From positions 1 to 64,000 of IMG/VR virus record IMGVR_UViG_3300020196_000021: DNA of 64,000 nucleotides. The stretch is one strand, 5' to 3'. Positions 1 to 9,399 of this stretch are shown in pieces (position 1 is the first letter of the stretch; every line of letters begins with the position of its first letter). Origin of the DNA: a virus. The position numbers and the translations under genes are program-made. Under the pieces are notes generated by a model. The model did not search any database. It had not been told where the DNA came from and saw only the letters and a program-made list of their open reading frames with translations.

Positions 1-469
1 CAAGACGGAATCCCCCAATGAGATCATCTTCATCAGTTTCGATAGTAATGTTAACACGGATAAGTTCTCGTTTTAGTTGGGCACATGCTTGTTCAACACT
101 TACAGTTTTACCATTACCAGAAAGACCCGTGATGAAGGTGGGATAGAAAAGACGCGATTGAATAATCTTTTTAATATCGGTAAAATTGCCAAATTTAACA
201 AAAGAACTATCAATCTCAGGAATAAGATTTTGCTGCACAGTTGGTTCTACAGAAGGAGATTTGAAAGTTTGTTCCAGTTTTTCTTGAACAGTCAAGTCCC
301 AACGACCATGACCAACTTTGTAGTTATCAAGACGTTTTGAAATAGTGGGATAAGACACATCAAAATAATCTGCTGCTGCATTAATAGCATCACCGCCGAA
401 GGCATCGCCGTAACTTTGACGAATAAAGTTAAGGAGTTCTGCAATTTCAATGTTGTGATTGCGGGACAT
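1..469 (-). CDS. cobS: CobS-like MoxR AAA+ ATPase, N-terminal part (runs off the left edge; not in the ORF track)
   Basis: Manual translation gives MSRNHNIEIAELL...FYPTFITGLSGNGKTVSVEQACAQLKRELIRVNITIETDEDDLIGGFRL, with Walker A GLSGNGKT. It follows the peptidase-VWA gene, as in T4-like cyanophages. An alternative in-frame ATG is at 484. Confidence 0.9.
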   Translation of the reverse strand, partial: MSRNHNIEIAELLNFIRQSYGDAFGGDAINAAADYFDVSYPTISKRLDNYKVGHGRWDLTVQEKLEQTFKSPSVEPTVQQNLIPEIDSSFVKFGNFTDIKKIIQSRLFYPTFITGLSGNGKTVSVEQACAQLKRELIRVNITIETDEDDLIGGFRL

Positions 470-497
470 TTGTGAGTTGTTCATTGTTGACTTTAAT

Positions 498-540
498 AGT
501 ATAAGAGGAAGATGAGGAAAATGGCTCCTCTGTGTGCCAG
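498..540 (-). promoter_or_regulatory. Putative early promoter for cobS
   Basis: Minus-strand TGGCACA box (533-539) lies 29 nt upstream of a TATACT -10 box (498-503). The geometry matches the site at 2711-2756. Confidence 0.55.
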
Positions 541-544
541 ATCG

Positions 545-2683
545 TCAAGCGACCACAGTAATGAAGGATGAGAGGATCTTTTTATTCAAGCACTTGCTCT
601 TAAGAGATTTCTGAAATGCACTTTTAATTTGTGAATTTGTTGCATTCTCATCCACAATAAACTGTTCACTTTGATTAAGTGAAGTAGAGGAAATACCATA
701 AAGAACATGATATCCACTGTCCTCAATAATAAACGACCTTTGTTTATTCCAAATCTTACGATATTCATCGTAACTTATCTTAGGTTCATGAGTCCAGTAA
801 AATGAACTAACCTGACTACTAGGAAGAATACGAAACCCAATAAAGTTAACGTTAGGGTAGTTATCACGAAGATTGTTGATGAGAGTTTTAGTGACATTGT
901 GTTCCTTTTTAAATGTTTTGTAGATATGACCTGTCTTGCGATCACGAAGACAGCACATACTTGTCACTCCTGCCATACCAATCATGTCTTCATCAGGACG
1001 ATCCCAACGCTTAACCGTAGTATAACGTGCAAGACCAGCAGATTCCCCATCTGTCAGGATTATAACATTTGCTTTTTGAATAGCATTTTGTTTGATAAAT
1101 TCGGGGATCATTTTTTTTAATGCAATCAGAGTTTCATTCAACGGAGTCCCAGAAAGACCAAGACCAGAAGGAATTATAGAGTATCCCTTGTTTTCAGAAT
1201 ATGCAATACGCCACATATACTTACATTGATTTTCAAAATCTTTAGTATTGCAGCGATGCGAAATCAAATTCAAAAGACGGAAAGATTCGTGTACAACGAT
1301 ATCTCCTGGTCTCTTCTCTTGGATTTCAATTTTATCATCCGCACATCTCCCTACAAGCGAGTTATGAATACCAGCAAATTCATAGGTAAAGGCATATACC
1401 TCAAAAGGAATTTGTACTTTTTTACAGAACCAGACAAGATTAAGAAGTTGTTTTACAGTATCCAAGATAACATCTGACATAGAACCAGACCAATCAAGAA
1501 TAAAAATGAGTCCATGATTCTTACCATCAGGAATAACATTAATCTTTTTAAAAAGATCATCATTAAATTTATAAGTATGAAGTTTGGTGCAATCAAGTAC
1601 TCCTGTACGTGCTGTAGAAGTACGTGAATATGCATCTGCAGATTTCTTGCATTCAAATTCTTTTACAAGATAGTTTACACCATTAATAGATTCTTTATAA
1701 AAATTTGAATATGCTAAATCAAACTGCTTGATCGCATCAGCATAGATAGGTATATCATTATAGAACTGATTACAATGATCACCAAGTAATTTATAATCAA
1801 CAACAATATTATCAAGTTTTATATCTGGAACTTCTACGTAAATTGTATCCTGAGTATAGTTATCAATAAAATCTTTTTGGTTTTCTTGAAATGCTTTATC
1901 AGTAACAGAAGAAAGATCATCGTTATTATGACCACCACTATTATCAACTTTATCTTGTTTATCTTGATTTAATTTACCAGTTGATGATAAAGCTTCTTCA
2001 TTTTTAGATTCAGATTTTATAGTGGTATCATTTGAAACACTAAACTCTTCTTCAGATTGCTGCTTTTCCATCTCAATAGATTCTGAAGACCTACCAGCAG
2101 ATGCAGAAGTATTATCAGATTGAATATTAATATTTTCTTGCTTTTTATTGTTCTTTGTATAGTTATACACATCAAGAGCAATCTGTTGAACTTCTTCAAA
2201 AGTTTCTGCATTTTCCGTTCGCTCAATAAACTCTTGCTCTTGCTCATTAAATTCAATGCAAGAAAAAGAACCAATCTTAAAGTAAAGATTAATGCGATCA
2301 ATCAAATTTATTTTATTAATCTCATCTTCTTTAATACAAAAGAAATTATCATCATTAAGTTCTTGGTATCCACGATAAAAAGTTTTAGAAAATCCTGGAT
2401 ACTTCCTCTTCATCATTTTCTCAATACGTGCATCTTCAATGACGTTAATATAATCTTTAGGGATAGAAAAATCCCAATCTGAATTAGGAGTAAAAAGAGC
2501 ATGACCTACTTCATGCCCAACAAGAAGATCGTAAACAGTATTAGAAGCACGTTGCCAATTGGGGAGGATTAGAACACGACGGTCCACATCAAACGATGCA
2601 GTGCTAACGTTCTTGTGTTCAACAATCAGGTTTTCAGTAGCAAGCAATTTAGCAAGATTGCCTTTAACTTCTTGGTTGTACAT
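545..2683 (-). CDS. Metallopeptidase-like plus VWA (CobT-like) protein
   Basis: N-terminal HEVGH motif followed by EDARIE, an acidic low-complexity linker, and MIDAS elements DWSGS / GTPL / LTDGE. Confidence 0.85.
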   Translation of the reverse strand: MYNQEVKGNLAKLLATENLIVEHKNVSTASFDVDRRVLILPNWQRASNTVYDLLVGHEVGHALFTPNSDWDFSIPKDYINVIEDARIEKMMKRKYPGFSKTFYRGYQELNDDNFFCIKEDEINKINLIDRINLYFKIGSFSCIEFNEQEQEFIERTENAETFEEVQQIALDVYNYTKNNKKQENINIQSDNTSASAGRSSESIEMEKQQSEEEFSVSNDTTIKSESKNEEALSSTGKLNQDKQDKVDNSGGHNNDDLSSVTDKAFQENQKDFIDNYTQDTIYVEVPDIKLDNIVVDYKLLGDHCNQFYNDIPIYADAIKQFDLAYSNFYKESINGVNYLVKEFECKKSADAYSRTSTARTGVLDCTKLHTYKFNDDLFKKINVIPDGKNHGLIFILDWSGSMSDVILDTVKQLLNLVWFCKKVQIPFEVYAFTYEFAGIHNSLVGRCADDKIEIQEKRPGDIVVHESFRLLNLISHRCNTKDFENQCKYMWRIAYSENKGYSIIPSGLGLSGTPLNETLIALKKMIPEFIKQNAIQKANVIILTDGESAGLARYTTVKRWDRPDEDMIGMAGVTSMCCLRDRKTGHIYKTFKKEHNVTKTLINNLRDNYPNVNFIGFRILPSSQVSSFYWTHEPKISYDEYRKIWNKQRSFIIEDSGYHVLYGISSTSLNQSEQFIVDENATNSQIKSAFQKSLKSKCLNKKILSSFITVVA

Positions 2684-2708
2684 AAGTAAGGTTCCGTTTT
2701 GGATGTAC

Positions 2709-2861
2709 CTATACTACAAAAAAAGACCTCCCTTTGCGGGAGGTCATGTGACACTTTTTGAACTGGGCGAGTCGCTTCTTCGCCTGACGCATCGCCTGAG
2801 GTTTCAGATGACGCTTTTGATCTTTCTTAGAATGGTGTTGCCAATTAGGTAGTTGTGCCAT
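2709..2861 (-). CDS. Small basic hypothetical protein, 50 aa (below the ORF-track cutoff)
   Basis: MAQLPNWQHHSKKDQKRHLKPQAMRQAKKRLAQFKKCHMTSRKGRSFFVV. Its start overlaps the end of gp46. Confidence 0.6.
   Translation of the reverse strand: MAQLPNWQHHSKKDQKRHLKPQAMRQAKKRLAQFKKCHMTSRKGRSFFVV
2711..2756 (-). promoter_or_regulatory. Putative early promoter for the peptidase-VWA gene
   Basis: Minus-strand AAGTGTCACA (2747-2756) lies 30 nt upstream of TAGTAT (2711-2716). Confidence 0.5.
2718..2745 (-). terminator. Rho-independent terminator after gp55-gp47-gp46
   Basis: GACCTCCC-GCAAA-GGGAGGTC followed by T7 on the minus strand. Confidence 0.85.
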
Positions 2862-4578
2862 TTGACTGAGTGGGTTTGGAAAAGTTTTTAACCTTTTTGA
2901 ACTCTATCACATTATCAAACTTATCGTGCAGCAGGTCCCCTTTGTGTGAGATGACGAACACATTGTTACCTTCTGTAATATTACGAAGGATTCCAATAAA
3001 CTCTTGAGTGCCATTACTATCTAGCGAACTATCAAATACTTCATCAAGAATTAAAAGATTTGTATTGACAGAATTTTTTAATTTAGCAACTTCTCTCCAA
3101 GTAAACAAAAGTGATAAATCAATTCTCATTTTTTCCCCCTCACTGAATGAAGCATAGGAAAACTCATCACGATATCTTGATTTAATTATTTCATTAAAAT
3201 TTTCATCAAGAGTAAAGTTAACATAAAATTCAAGTTCCCCCAAATACTTATTGATAAGATGATTCATGACAGGAAGATACTTCTTAATGATAGTAGATTT
3301 AACTCCATTATCTTTTAAAATATCAGCAACAATTTGATGATCTGCTTTTACCTTCAATGCTCTTCGGCATTCTTTTTCCTTTTCAATTCCAAAAGAAATT
3401 AAATCTTTTAATTTTTCTTTCTCTCTAAGTACATTACCATCATTGTTTTCAATAACAATAATTTCTTTTTTGAGATCTGCAATTTGCTTGGTCTTCCATT
3501 TAATTTCTTGAATACATGATTGCATCTTAGAATTTAAATTAGATATCTTTGTATTATTTTGATTGTAAGATATTTTAATTTTTTTAATAAGATCAATTTC
3601 ATTTTGAACTTCTTTCAAAATAATTTTATGAGATTGTATCTCATCTTCTGATAACTTTGTTTTATGTTGTTTCAAATGTTCATTTATATTTTGATTACAA
3701 GTTGGGCATACAGTATTTTCAGAAAAAAACTTATGCTCAGATCGTTTTTCTTTAATCTTACTTTCAGCAAAATAATATTTTTGGTTAAGACCATCAAATT
3801 GCTTATCAATAATATTAATATCAATTTGATCAGAAGTAATTAAATTAATTTCTTTATTAATATCATTTATAGATTCTTCTACTTGTTCAATCTCTTCTTC
3901 AAGGAATGAAACCTTATCATTTTTTTCATTGATATTTTGATTGCTTTGCTGCTTAAGATCATTAATAAATCTTTTCTGAACATCTACCTTTTCCTTAAGC
4001 AAGGAAATATCATAATTCAATTCAGTAACAACATCTTTAGATTGTTTAAGGCGTTCTTTTAGAATTGTATTCATTGTTGAAAAAATTCTAATGTCAAGAA
4101 TATCTTCGATGACCTCTCGCCTTCCTGCTGCAGGCAACTGCATAAATGGAACAAATGTAGAGGAACCCAATATAACGATTTGAGTAAAGGATTTGTAATT
4201 TAACTTAAGTATATTTTGTTCTAACCATTTTTGTTGATCAGAAGATGCTGATGCTTGATCTAAGATTATATTATTTTTATAGATTTCAAATATATTAGGT
4301 TTCATTCCCCTAATAACTTTCCAATTTATTTTACCAATAGTAAACTCAATTTCAACCACACAATCTCCTTGATTGATTGTATTGATGAGTTGTGGTTTGT
4401 TAATTTTTCTAAATGGTTTATTAAATAATCCAAAGCACAGTGCATCTAAAATTGTAGATTTCCCAGCACCATTCTCTCCAATAATTAAAGTTTTGTTGTT
4501 TGAGCACAAATCAATTGTAGTGAAGTTATTTCCAGTGCTAAGGAAATTCTTCCATTTAATAGTTTTAAATTCAATCAT
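2845..4578 (-). CDS. gp46: Recombination endonuclease subunit gp46 (Rad50/SbcC-like)
   Basis: Walker A GENGAGKST, zinc hook CPTC, signature SFSEGE, Walker B LILDEVFD. The start is trimmed to MIEFKTIKWKNF at 4578. Confidence 0.95.
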   Translation of the reverse strand: MIEFKTIKWKNFLSTGNNFTTIDLCSNNKTLIIGENGAGKSTILDALCFGLFNKPFRKINKPQLINTINQGDCVVEIEFTIGKINWKVIRGMKPNIFEIYKNNIILDQASASSDQQKWLEQNILKLNYKSFTQIVILGSSTFVPFMQLPAAGRREVIEDILDIRIFSTMNTILKERLKQSKDVVTELNYDISLLKEKVDVQKRFINDLKQQSNQNINEKNDKVSFLEEEIEQVEESINDINKEINLITSDQIDINIIDKQFDGLNQKYYFAESKIKEKRSEHKFFSENTVCPTCNQNINEHLKQHKTKLSEDEIQSHKIILKEVQNEIDLIKKIKISYNQNNTKISNLNSKMQSCIQEIKWKTKQIADLKKEIIVIENNDGNVLREKEKLKDLISFGIEKEKECRRALKVKADHQIVADILKDNGVKSTIIKKYLPVMNHLINKYLGELEFYVNFTLDENFNEIIKSRYRDEFSYASFSEGEKMRIDLSLLFTWREVAKLKNSVNTNLLILDEVFDSSLDSNGTQEFIGILRNITEGNNVFVISHKGDLLHDKFDNVIEFKKVKNFSKPTQSNGTTT

Positions 4579-4580
4579 TA

Positions 4581-4832
4581 CTAATTCGGTGGAATAACAA
4601 TATCTTCTGGGGTAATTATACAATAAGAATATCCATTGTCCTCACACAATCTAATTGCAACATCATCAGGAACTTCTACTACTGTCATCTTAGGAAAATC
4701 ATCTGCTTCTAATTGCATAGAATAACGTTCTGCATCTTCATGTTCTTCAAACATATACAAGATATTTTTATTGTTGATAGAAGGAGCATACGCCCCTTCG
4801 CTTTCTTTTCCTTCAACAGATAAAATAAACAT
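4581..4832 (-). CDS. Small acidic hypothetical protein between gp47 and gp46
   Basis: 83-aa ORF packed tightly between the two genes, with a 1-nt overlap with gp47. Confidence 0.75.
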   Translation of the reverse strand: MFILSVEGKESEGAYAPSINNKNILYMFEEHEDAERYSMQLEADDFPKMTVVEVPDDVAIRLCEDNGYSYCIITPEDIVIPPN

Positions 4833-5872
4833 TATTCGACCTCTAAAGATTCTAGGTATATAGTTTTAATTATACTCTTTAGATTGTCTTTGTCATCATA
4901 ATCAATTTGTTCTATATAATTTTCCAAGAAGGTTAATGTCCCTTCAATTTCAATGTCACCACTAGTAGTGATTTCTTCTTGTGCGTTATCTATAATTTTA
5001 AGTTCATGAATACCTGCTTTATACAAATTTTCAATAAACATATCAAAATGATAATGATTGCTTTTCTTTTCAATAATTAACTTTACTACTCTATTACTAA
5101 ACTGTTGGCAGTTAACTAAAGAATAATTTTCTTTCTGATCATTATAAAAAATTTTTACAAACATTTCATATGGATTTTTGATAAACTTTAACTTTAACGT
5201 TTCAGTATCAAAAAGATGAAACCCTCTAGTATCTTTGTAATCATTCCAATACATTTGATATGGATTGCCAAGATAAAAAACATTTCCAGCATTAGATCTA
5301 TGATGAAAATGACCAGAGAACACTTTCTTAAATTTAAAAAATAGATCTGAACTCATTCCATGTTCCATCATATATCCAACATGTGCTTCAAATCCACTTA
5401 ACTCCAGATGACCCATACATACTTTTGCTTTAGTATTACTTATTTCTAAAAATGTTTCAGTTTCATTTTCAGTACAGATCCATGGAAGAAAACAAATATC
5501 AAGTCCTTCAACAGTTATGGTCTGAGGTTTATCAATCATCAAAACATTTTTATACTCATTAAGTAACAGATTAACTGTATTGATTGAAAGAGTATTTTTA
5601 TAATATGCAGTATGATTACCAACAAGAGTTTTTACTTGAATGCCCAGTGCATCCAATTTGTCGTAATAATTTTCCTTTGCCCATTGCAAAGACCAAAAAT
5701 CAATTGACTTTCTATTATCAAATGTATCGCCCAAATCTAAAACTGTTTTAATATTTTCCTTTTTTAAAGTTGGGAAAAATATATTATCATAAAATTCTTT
5801 GATATAATCATGGAAAATTTGACTTCCCTTTCTCATTCCAAAGTGTTGATCTGTGATAATTGCTACAGTCAT
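4832..5872 (-). CDS. gp47: Recombination endonuclease subunit gp47 (Mre11/SbcD-like)
   Basis: Metallophosphoesterase motifs TDQHFG, GDTFD, GNH, GHL and SGHFH. Confidence 0.95.
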   Translation of the reverse strand: MTVAIITDQHFGMRKGSQIFHDYIKEFYDNIFFPTLKKENIKTVLDLGDTFDNRKSIDFWSLQWAKENYYDKLDALGIQVKTLVGNHTAYYKNTLSINTVNLLLNEYKNVLMIDKPQTITVEGLDICFLPWICTENETETFLEISNTKAKVCMGHLELSGFEAHVGYMMEHGMSSDLFFKFKKVFSGHFHHRSNAGNVFYLGNPYQMYWNDYKDTRGFHLFDTETLKLKFIKNPYEMFVKIFYNDQKENYSLVNCQQFSNRVVKLIIEKKSNHYHFDMFIENLYKAGIHELKIIDNAQEEITTSGDIEIEGTLTFLENYIEQIDYDDKDNLKSIIKTIYLESLEVE

Positions 5873-6337
5873 TCAACCTCTCATTTTTTGCTCAAGTGCA
5901 TCTTTAATTGAATTGTAATCTGATTCACTTCCATATTCATCACTAGTAAATACTTCACTAAATCCAGACCTCTCAATCATTTTGTTTTTGATATCAAGTT
6001 GTTTCTTTTCTTTTTGTATACGACGCAAGAACGCATAATAGATAATTTGCGTAAAATACGCAAATGGATTCTTTGATTTTTCAGGATCAAAGTTATCAAT
6101 GTAGGTAATACAATTTTCTATTCCATCCCCAATCATGTCATCCTTAAACATATAGTTGACAAAATTAGGTTTGTATGATAAATGCTGAGCAATTTTTAAA
6201 AAACAATCACCCAAATAATTTGTTATTCGTGGTCGTTCCAAACCTCTTTGCTTTGCAATCAATACCTTTTCACGATATTCGACTATAGCATAAAGGAACT
6301 CTTTGTTGTTTACGTAATGTTCTTTTTTTAAACTCAT
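5873..6337 (-). CDS. gp55: Late-transcription sigma factor gp55
   Basis: HYVNNKEF...NFDPEKSKNPFAYFTQIIYYAFLRRIQKEKKQ. Confidence 0.97.
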   Translation of the reverse strand: MSLKKEHYVNNKEFLYAIVEYREKVLIAKQRGLERPRITNYLGDCFLKIAQHLSYKPNFVNYMFKDDMIGDGIENCITYIDNFDPEKSKNPFAYFTQIIYYAFLRRIQKEKKQLDIKNKMIERSGFSEVFTSDEYGSESDYNSIKDALEQKMRG

Positions 6338-6364
6338 GGTTTATTTTGATTTCCTTACGTGTTC

Positions 6365-6393
6365 ATTATAGCACTAGTTGGATGGCTTGACAA
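6365..6393 (-). promoter_or_regulatory. Sigma70-type promoter for gp55
   Basis: TTGTCA-17 nt-TG-c-TATAAT, ending 28 nt upstream of the ATG. Confidence 0.8.
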
Positions 6394-6415
6394 CCCCCGC
6401 TAAGTCGAGTAGGAT
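6387..6415 (+). promoter_or_regulatory. Divergent sigma70-type promoter (antisense to the uvsW operon)
   Basis: TTGACA (6387-6392), 17-nt spacer, TAGGAT (6410-6415). It overlaps the -35 of the gp55 promoter. Confidence 0.55.
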
Positions 6416-6475
6416 AACTCTGCTAGGGATAAGAAACTATAGAGCTTTAAAATACTTAGGAAAGCAAAATCAATT

Positions 6476-6907
6476 TTAAGAGTCCTCTTTATGAACTTGT
6501 TTATATACTTCTTCTAAGAACTCTCTAGCTTCTTCAATAGATGAAACATATCCTTCTTCTCTAGTTAAATTAATTTGTTTATTACTGCGTTTATTTTTAA
6601 ACCTTCTGGGTGGAGAAGATTCAATCAAATGTAATTTACTTAAATTAGTAAGATAGAATTTAATTACAGGACCAGTTATTTCTTTAAATGTAAGTAATGA
6701 ATCTCCATCAATAATAAATTTACTTTCATTAGATATCTTCATCCAAATAGATAATTTAATACCCTGTACCACTCCTGGGATATCTATCTCTTCAAGTGAT
6801 ATGGGGTTTTCAATTACAATATAATCCTGTTCAAGATTTGTTTCAACTACTGTACATAATAATTCTTCTTGTGTTTTTAATTTGATTGCTGCATAAAATT
6901 CTTTCAT
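6476..6907 (-). CDS. Conserved hypothetical protein downstream of uvsW (possible Sm-like fold)
   Basis: IKLKTQEELL...IENPI...WMK pattern, in the usual slot between uvsW and gp55. Confidence 0.7.
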   Translation of the reverse strand: MKEFYAAIKLKTQEELLCTVVETNLEQDYIVIENPISLEEIDIPGVVQGIKLSIWMKISNESKFIIDGDSLLTFKEITGPVIKFYLTNLSKLHLIESSPPRRFKNKRSNKQINLTREEGYVSSIEEAREFLEEVYKQVHKEDS

Positions 6908-6908
6908 T

Positions 6909-8372
6909 TTATTTTTTTAAATTTACGTTTACCATTTCATAATCAAAATTCTCTTCATTATAAATTTTAACTCTTTCAAATAAATGCTTTAAAGTATAAT
7001 TTTTAAAATTATTTTTTGATATATCATCAGCAATATCATAAAGAACTGCTTGATTTTTATTATCACCTTTTCTCAAGACCCTTCCAATTGATTGAAGATT
7101 TCGCACACGTGATTTAGAAGGTGATGCAAAGATAACGTTATGGAGATTGCGAATATTGATCCCAGTAGAGAAAGTTCCATAACTAGCAACAATAATTGCA
7201 TTATCTTCTTGTTCTGTGATTTTACGAACTTCTTCTCTGTCTTGCACATCAACACCACCATGAACAAAAAATATTTTGCGGTTTATGCCGACGCTACTAT
7301 TTATAAGTTCGTAAAGAGGTTCACCATGTTTCTCGACATAATTAAAAAGTAACAATGTGTTTCCTTCTAGATCTCTACACAAGTTACGAATAAATTTATT
7401 TCTATATTCATGAGTAACGAGGTACTCCATCTCATCATGATAAGAATCAAATTTTTGAAATTGATGCTTGAGAACTAATATTTTAATTTTTAATTTAGAA
7501 AGATACCCTCTCTTAATTAATTCATTTGTGTTAGTTACTTTTTCATGAGTACCAAATAATCCTTCAAGTACAAGTTTATTGGTATTACTTCCATCTAATG
7601 TTCCAGTAAAACCAATTCTATATTTGGCGTTGTGCATCTTGGTTAAAATATCAACCAAAGATTTTGCTTTAAACAAATGAGCTTCATCACCAATGACAGT
7701 AGTAAAATTATTAAAATAATCTTTTTTTAATTTGTATACGGATTGCCATGTAGTAATAGTGATTGGTTTATCACTAACTTTACTATATCCAGAATATACT
7801 TTATGGCAATATGTTTCTACGTCCCAACCATACTCTTCAAAATCTTTATACATCTGCTCAACTAATGAAGTAGTTGGAACTACTATCATAATTTTTTGAT
7901 TTGTTTCTACAAGAAATCTACAAATTGAATAGATGATAAATGATTTTCCAGATCCAGTTGGTGATACAATTAGCTTTCTTTTCTTTCTAAGAGATTCGTA
8001 AATTGCTTTGTACTGATAATCTCTTGCTTTTAGATTAGAAAATGTTTCAATGTATGATTTGATTCCATTAAAGGAAACAAGTTCATCCTCTGCATTTGGC
8101 ATTCCATAATAATTATTATCGGCATACTCATAACTATAACCTCTTTCTACACAAAACTGTTCAATGTATTCTATTAATCCACAATATATTTCTCCAGTTG
8201 CAGGAGAAAATAATCTAATTTTACCATCCCAATATTTGCTTTTATACGCAGGCATAAATTTTGCTGCTGGTACTTCAAAAGTAAAATGATCTGTTAACTC
8301 GTATGATATATGTGGTTGTACTTTTAGTTGTAGGTAAACTTCATTTTTCTTGCGAATAATAACGTCAGTCAT
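6909..8372 (-). CDS. uvsW: SF2 DNA helicase UvsW
   Basis: Motifs SPTGSGKS, DEAH, TGT and QSIGRVLR. Likely start is MTDVIIRKKNE at 8372. Confidence 0.96.
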   Translation of the reverse strand: MTDVIIRKKNEVYLQLKVQPHISYELTDHFTFEVPAAKFMPAYKSKYWDGKIRLFSPATGEIYCGLIEYIEQFCVERGYSYEYADNNYYGMPNAEDELVSFNGIKSYIETFSNLKARDYQYKAIYESLRKKRKLIVSPTGSGKSFIIYSICRFLVETNQKIMIVVPTTSLVEQMYKDFEEYGWDVETYCHKVYSGYSKVSDKPITITTWQSVYKLKKDYFNNFTTVIGDEAHLFKAKSLVDILTKMHNAKYRIGFTGTLDGSNTNKLVLEGLFGTHEKVTNTNELIKRGYLSKLKIKILVLKHQFQKFDSYHDEMEYLVTHEYRNKFIRNLCRDLEGNTLLLFNYVEKHGEPLYELINSSVGINRKIFFVHGGVDVQDREEVRKITEQEDNAIIVASYGTFSTGINIRNLHNVIFASPSKSRVRNLQSIGRVLRKGDNKNQAVLYDIADDISKNNFKNYTLKHLFERVKIYNEENFDYEMVNVNLKK

Positions 8373-8778
8373 CAAGTCCTTTAGCATATTTCTTCCAATC
8401 AATAGCGTTCTTTATTTGGAATGATCGATTGTTAATATTATTTAGAATTTCTTTAAGAATGGATTCTATCTTTTCATAGTACTTTAACGATGCCTTTGCT
8501 TCAGTAACACTGGGGTCTGCATCGACGTATATTGATACTTCGTTTTTTAAAATGCGATCTTCTGGAGCAAGTTCATCCCTGCCCATATAATAATTGTAGA
8601 TCTCCCTATATTTAATTTTATAATTTAAATCTTTTTCTTCTTTTAATAGTTGAACTCTTAAATATTTGTCTAACCATTTTGCATGTAAAATTGGAATTCT
8701 TTTTGCTTCCTCAAATAAATCATCATTCATTTCAGCATCAACACGCCACTCTTCAATAATCTTTTCATGTAAACTCAT
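8365..8778 (-). CDS. uvsY: Recombination mediator UvsY
   Basis: IPILHAKW...NRSFQIKNAIDW, positioned between gp3 and uvsW. Confidence 0.9.
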   Translation of the reverse strand: MSLHEKIIEEWRVDAEMNDDLFEEAKRIPILHAKWLDKYLRVQLLKEEKDLNYKIKYREIYNYYMGRDELAPEDRILKNEVSIYVDADPSVTEAKASLKYYEKIESILKEILNNINNRSFQIKNAIDWKKYAKGLDD

Positions 8779-9320
8779 AGAGTAATTCTCCTTCCATTTT
8801 TATTTCCAATTTCATAATACGTATATGAAAACGTTGCAGTCGCTGTTGCATACACAATATCAGTTTGATCTGTACTAAATGCAATTCCAGTTAAATCTAC
8901 AGGAAATGCATTTATATATTTTACTGTTGCAATTGTATTGTAGTTGCTATTTAAAATTGATAATACACAATCTAATTGTTCATAATTATTTGTAGAAGTG
9001 AACTTTTTTTCTTTTAAAGATTTTGCTAGTTCTTGCCATTGTTCTAAGTATTGTGGATAAGTTATTCCTACCATCCAATTATGAATCATAGTATAATTAC
9101 TAAGATCTTCATCAATTAAAAATTTAACTGTCAAATTTTGATAGGTTAATTTATCTCCTGTTAATTGAAAATCATTAAGTGGAGTTGCTTGAATAGGACC
9201 ACTCATAGAAATTCCAGGGAGAGATGATTCAGTACAGGTAAATCCTATGGATTCAAATCCTGGAAAATCTAATCTAAACCCTGTTGGAGATAAAAAATTG
9301 TTATTACAATTTTGAGACAT
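8775..9320 (-). CDS. gp3: Tail tube terminator / tail completion protein gp3
   Basis: NFLSPTGF...LPGI...GDKL...DEDLSNY...HNW...AFP. It follows gp23. Confidence 0.9.
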   Translation of the reverse strand: MSQNCNNNFLSPTGFRLDFPGFESIGFTCTESSLPGISMSGPIQATPLNDFQLTGDKLTYQNLTVKFLIDEDLSNYTMIHNWMVGITYPQYLEQWQELAKSLKEKKFTSTNNYEQLDCVLSILNSNYNTIATVKYINAFPVDLTGIAFSTDQTDIVYATATATFSYTYYEIGNKNGRRITL

Positions 9321-9344
9321 TTCATTCTATAGAGGATTATTAAC

Positions 9345-9351
9345 TATTTAT
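9345..9351 (-). promoter_or_regulatory. Late promoter upstream of gp3
   Basis: ATAAATA on the minus strand, just past the gp23 terminator. Confidence 0.7.
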
Positions 9352-9357
9352 TGACAT

Positions 9358-9381
9358 AAAAAAACCCCCCTTGTGGGGGGT
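9358..9381 (-). terminator. Terminator after gp23
   Basis: ACCCCCC-ACAA-GGGGGGT followed by a T-run. Confidence 0.9.
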
Positions 9382-9399
9382 CCAAAGTATGTGAATGAC

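Noticed and set aside
9351-9380. Plus-strand TTGACA near the gp23 terminator
   Set aside because: There is no -10 element at 16-18 nt spacing; that position is the G-run of the hairpin.
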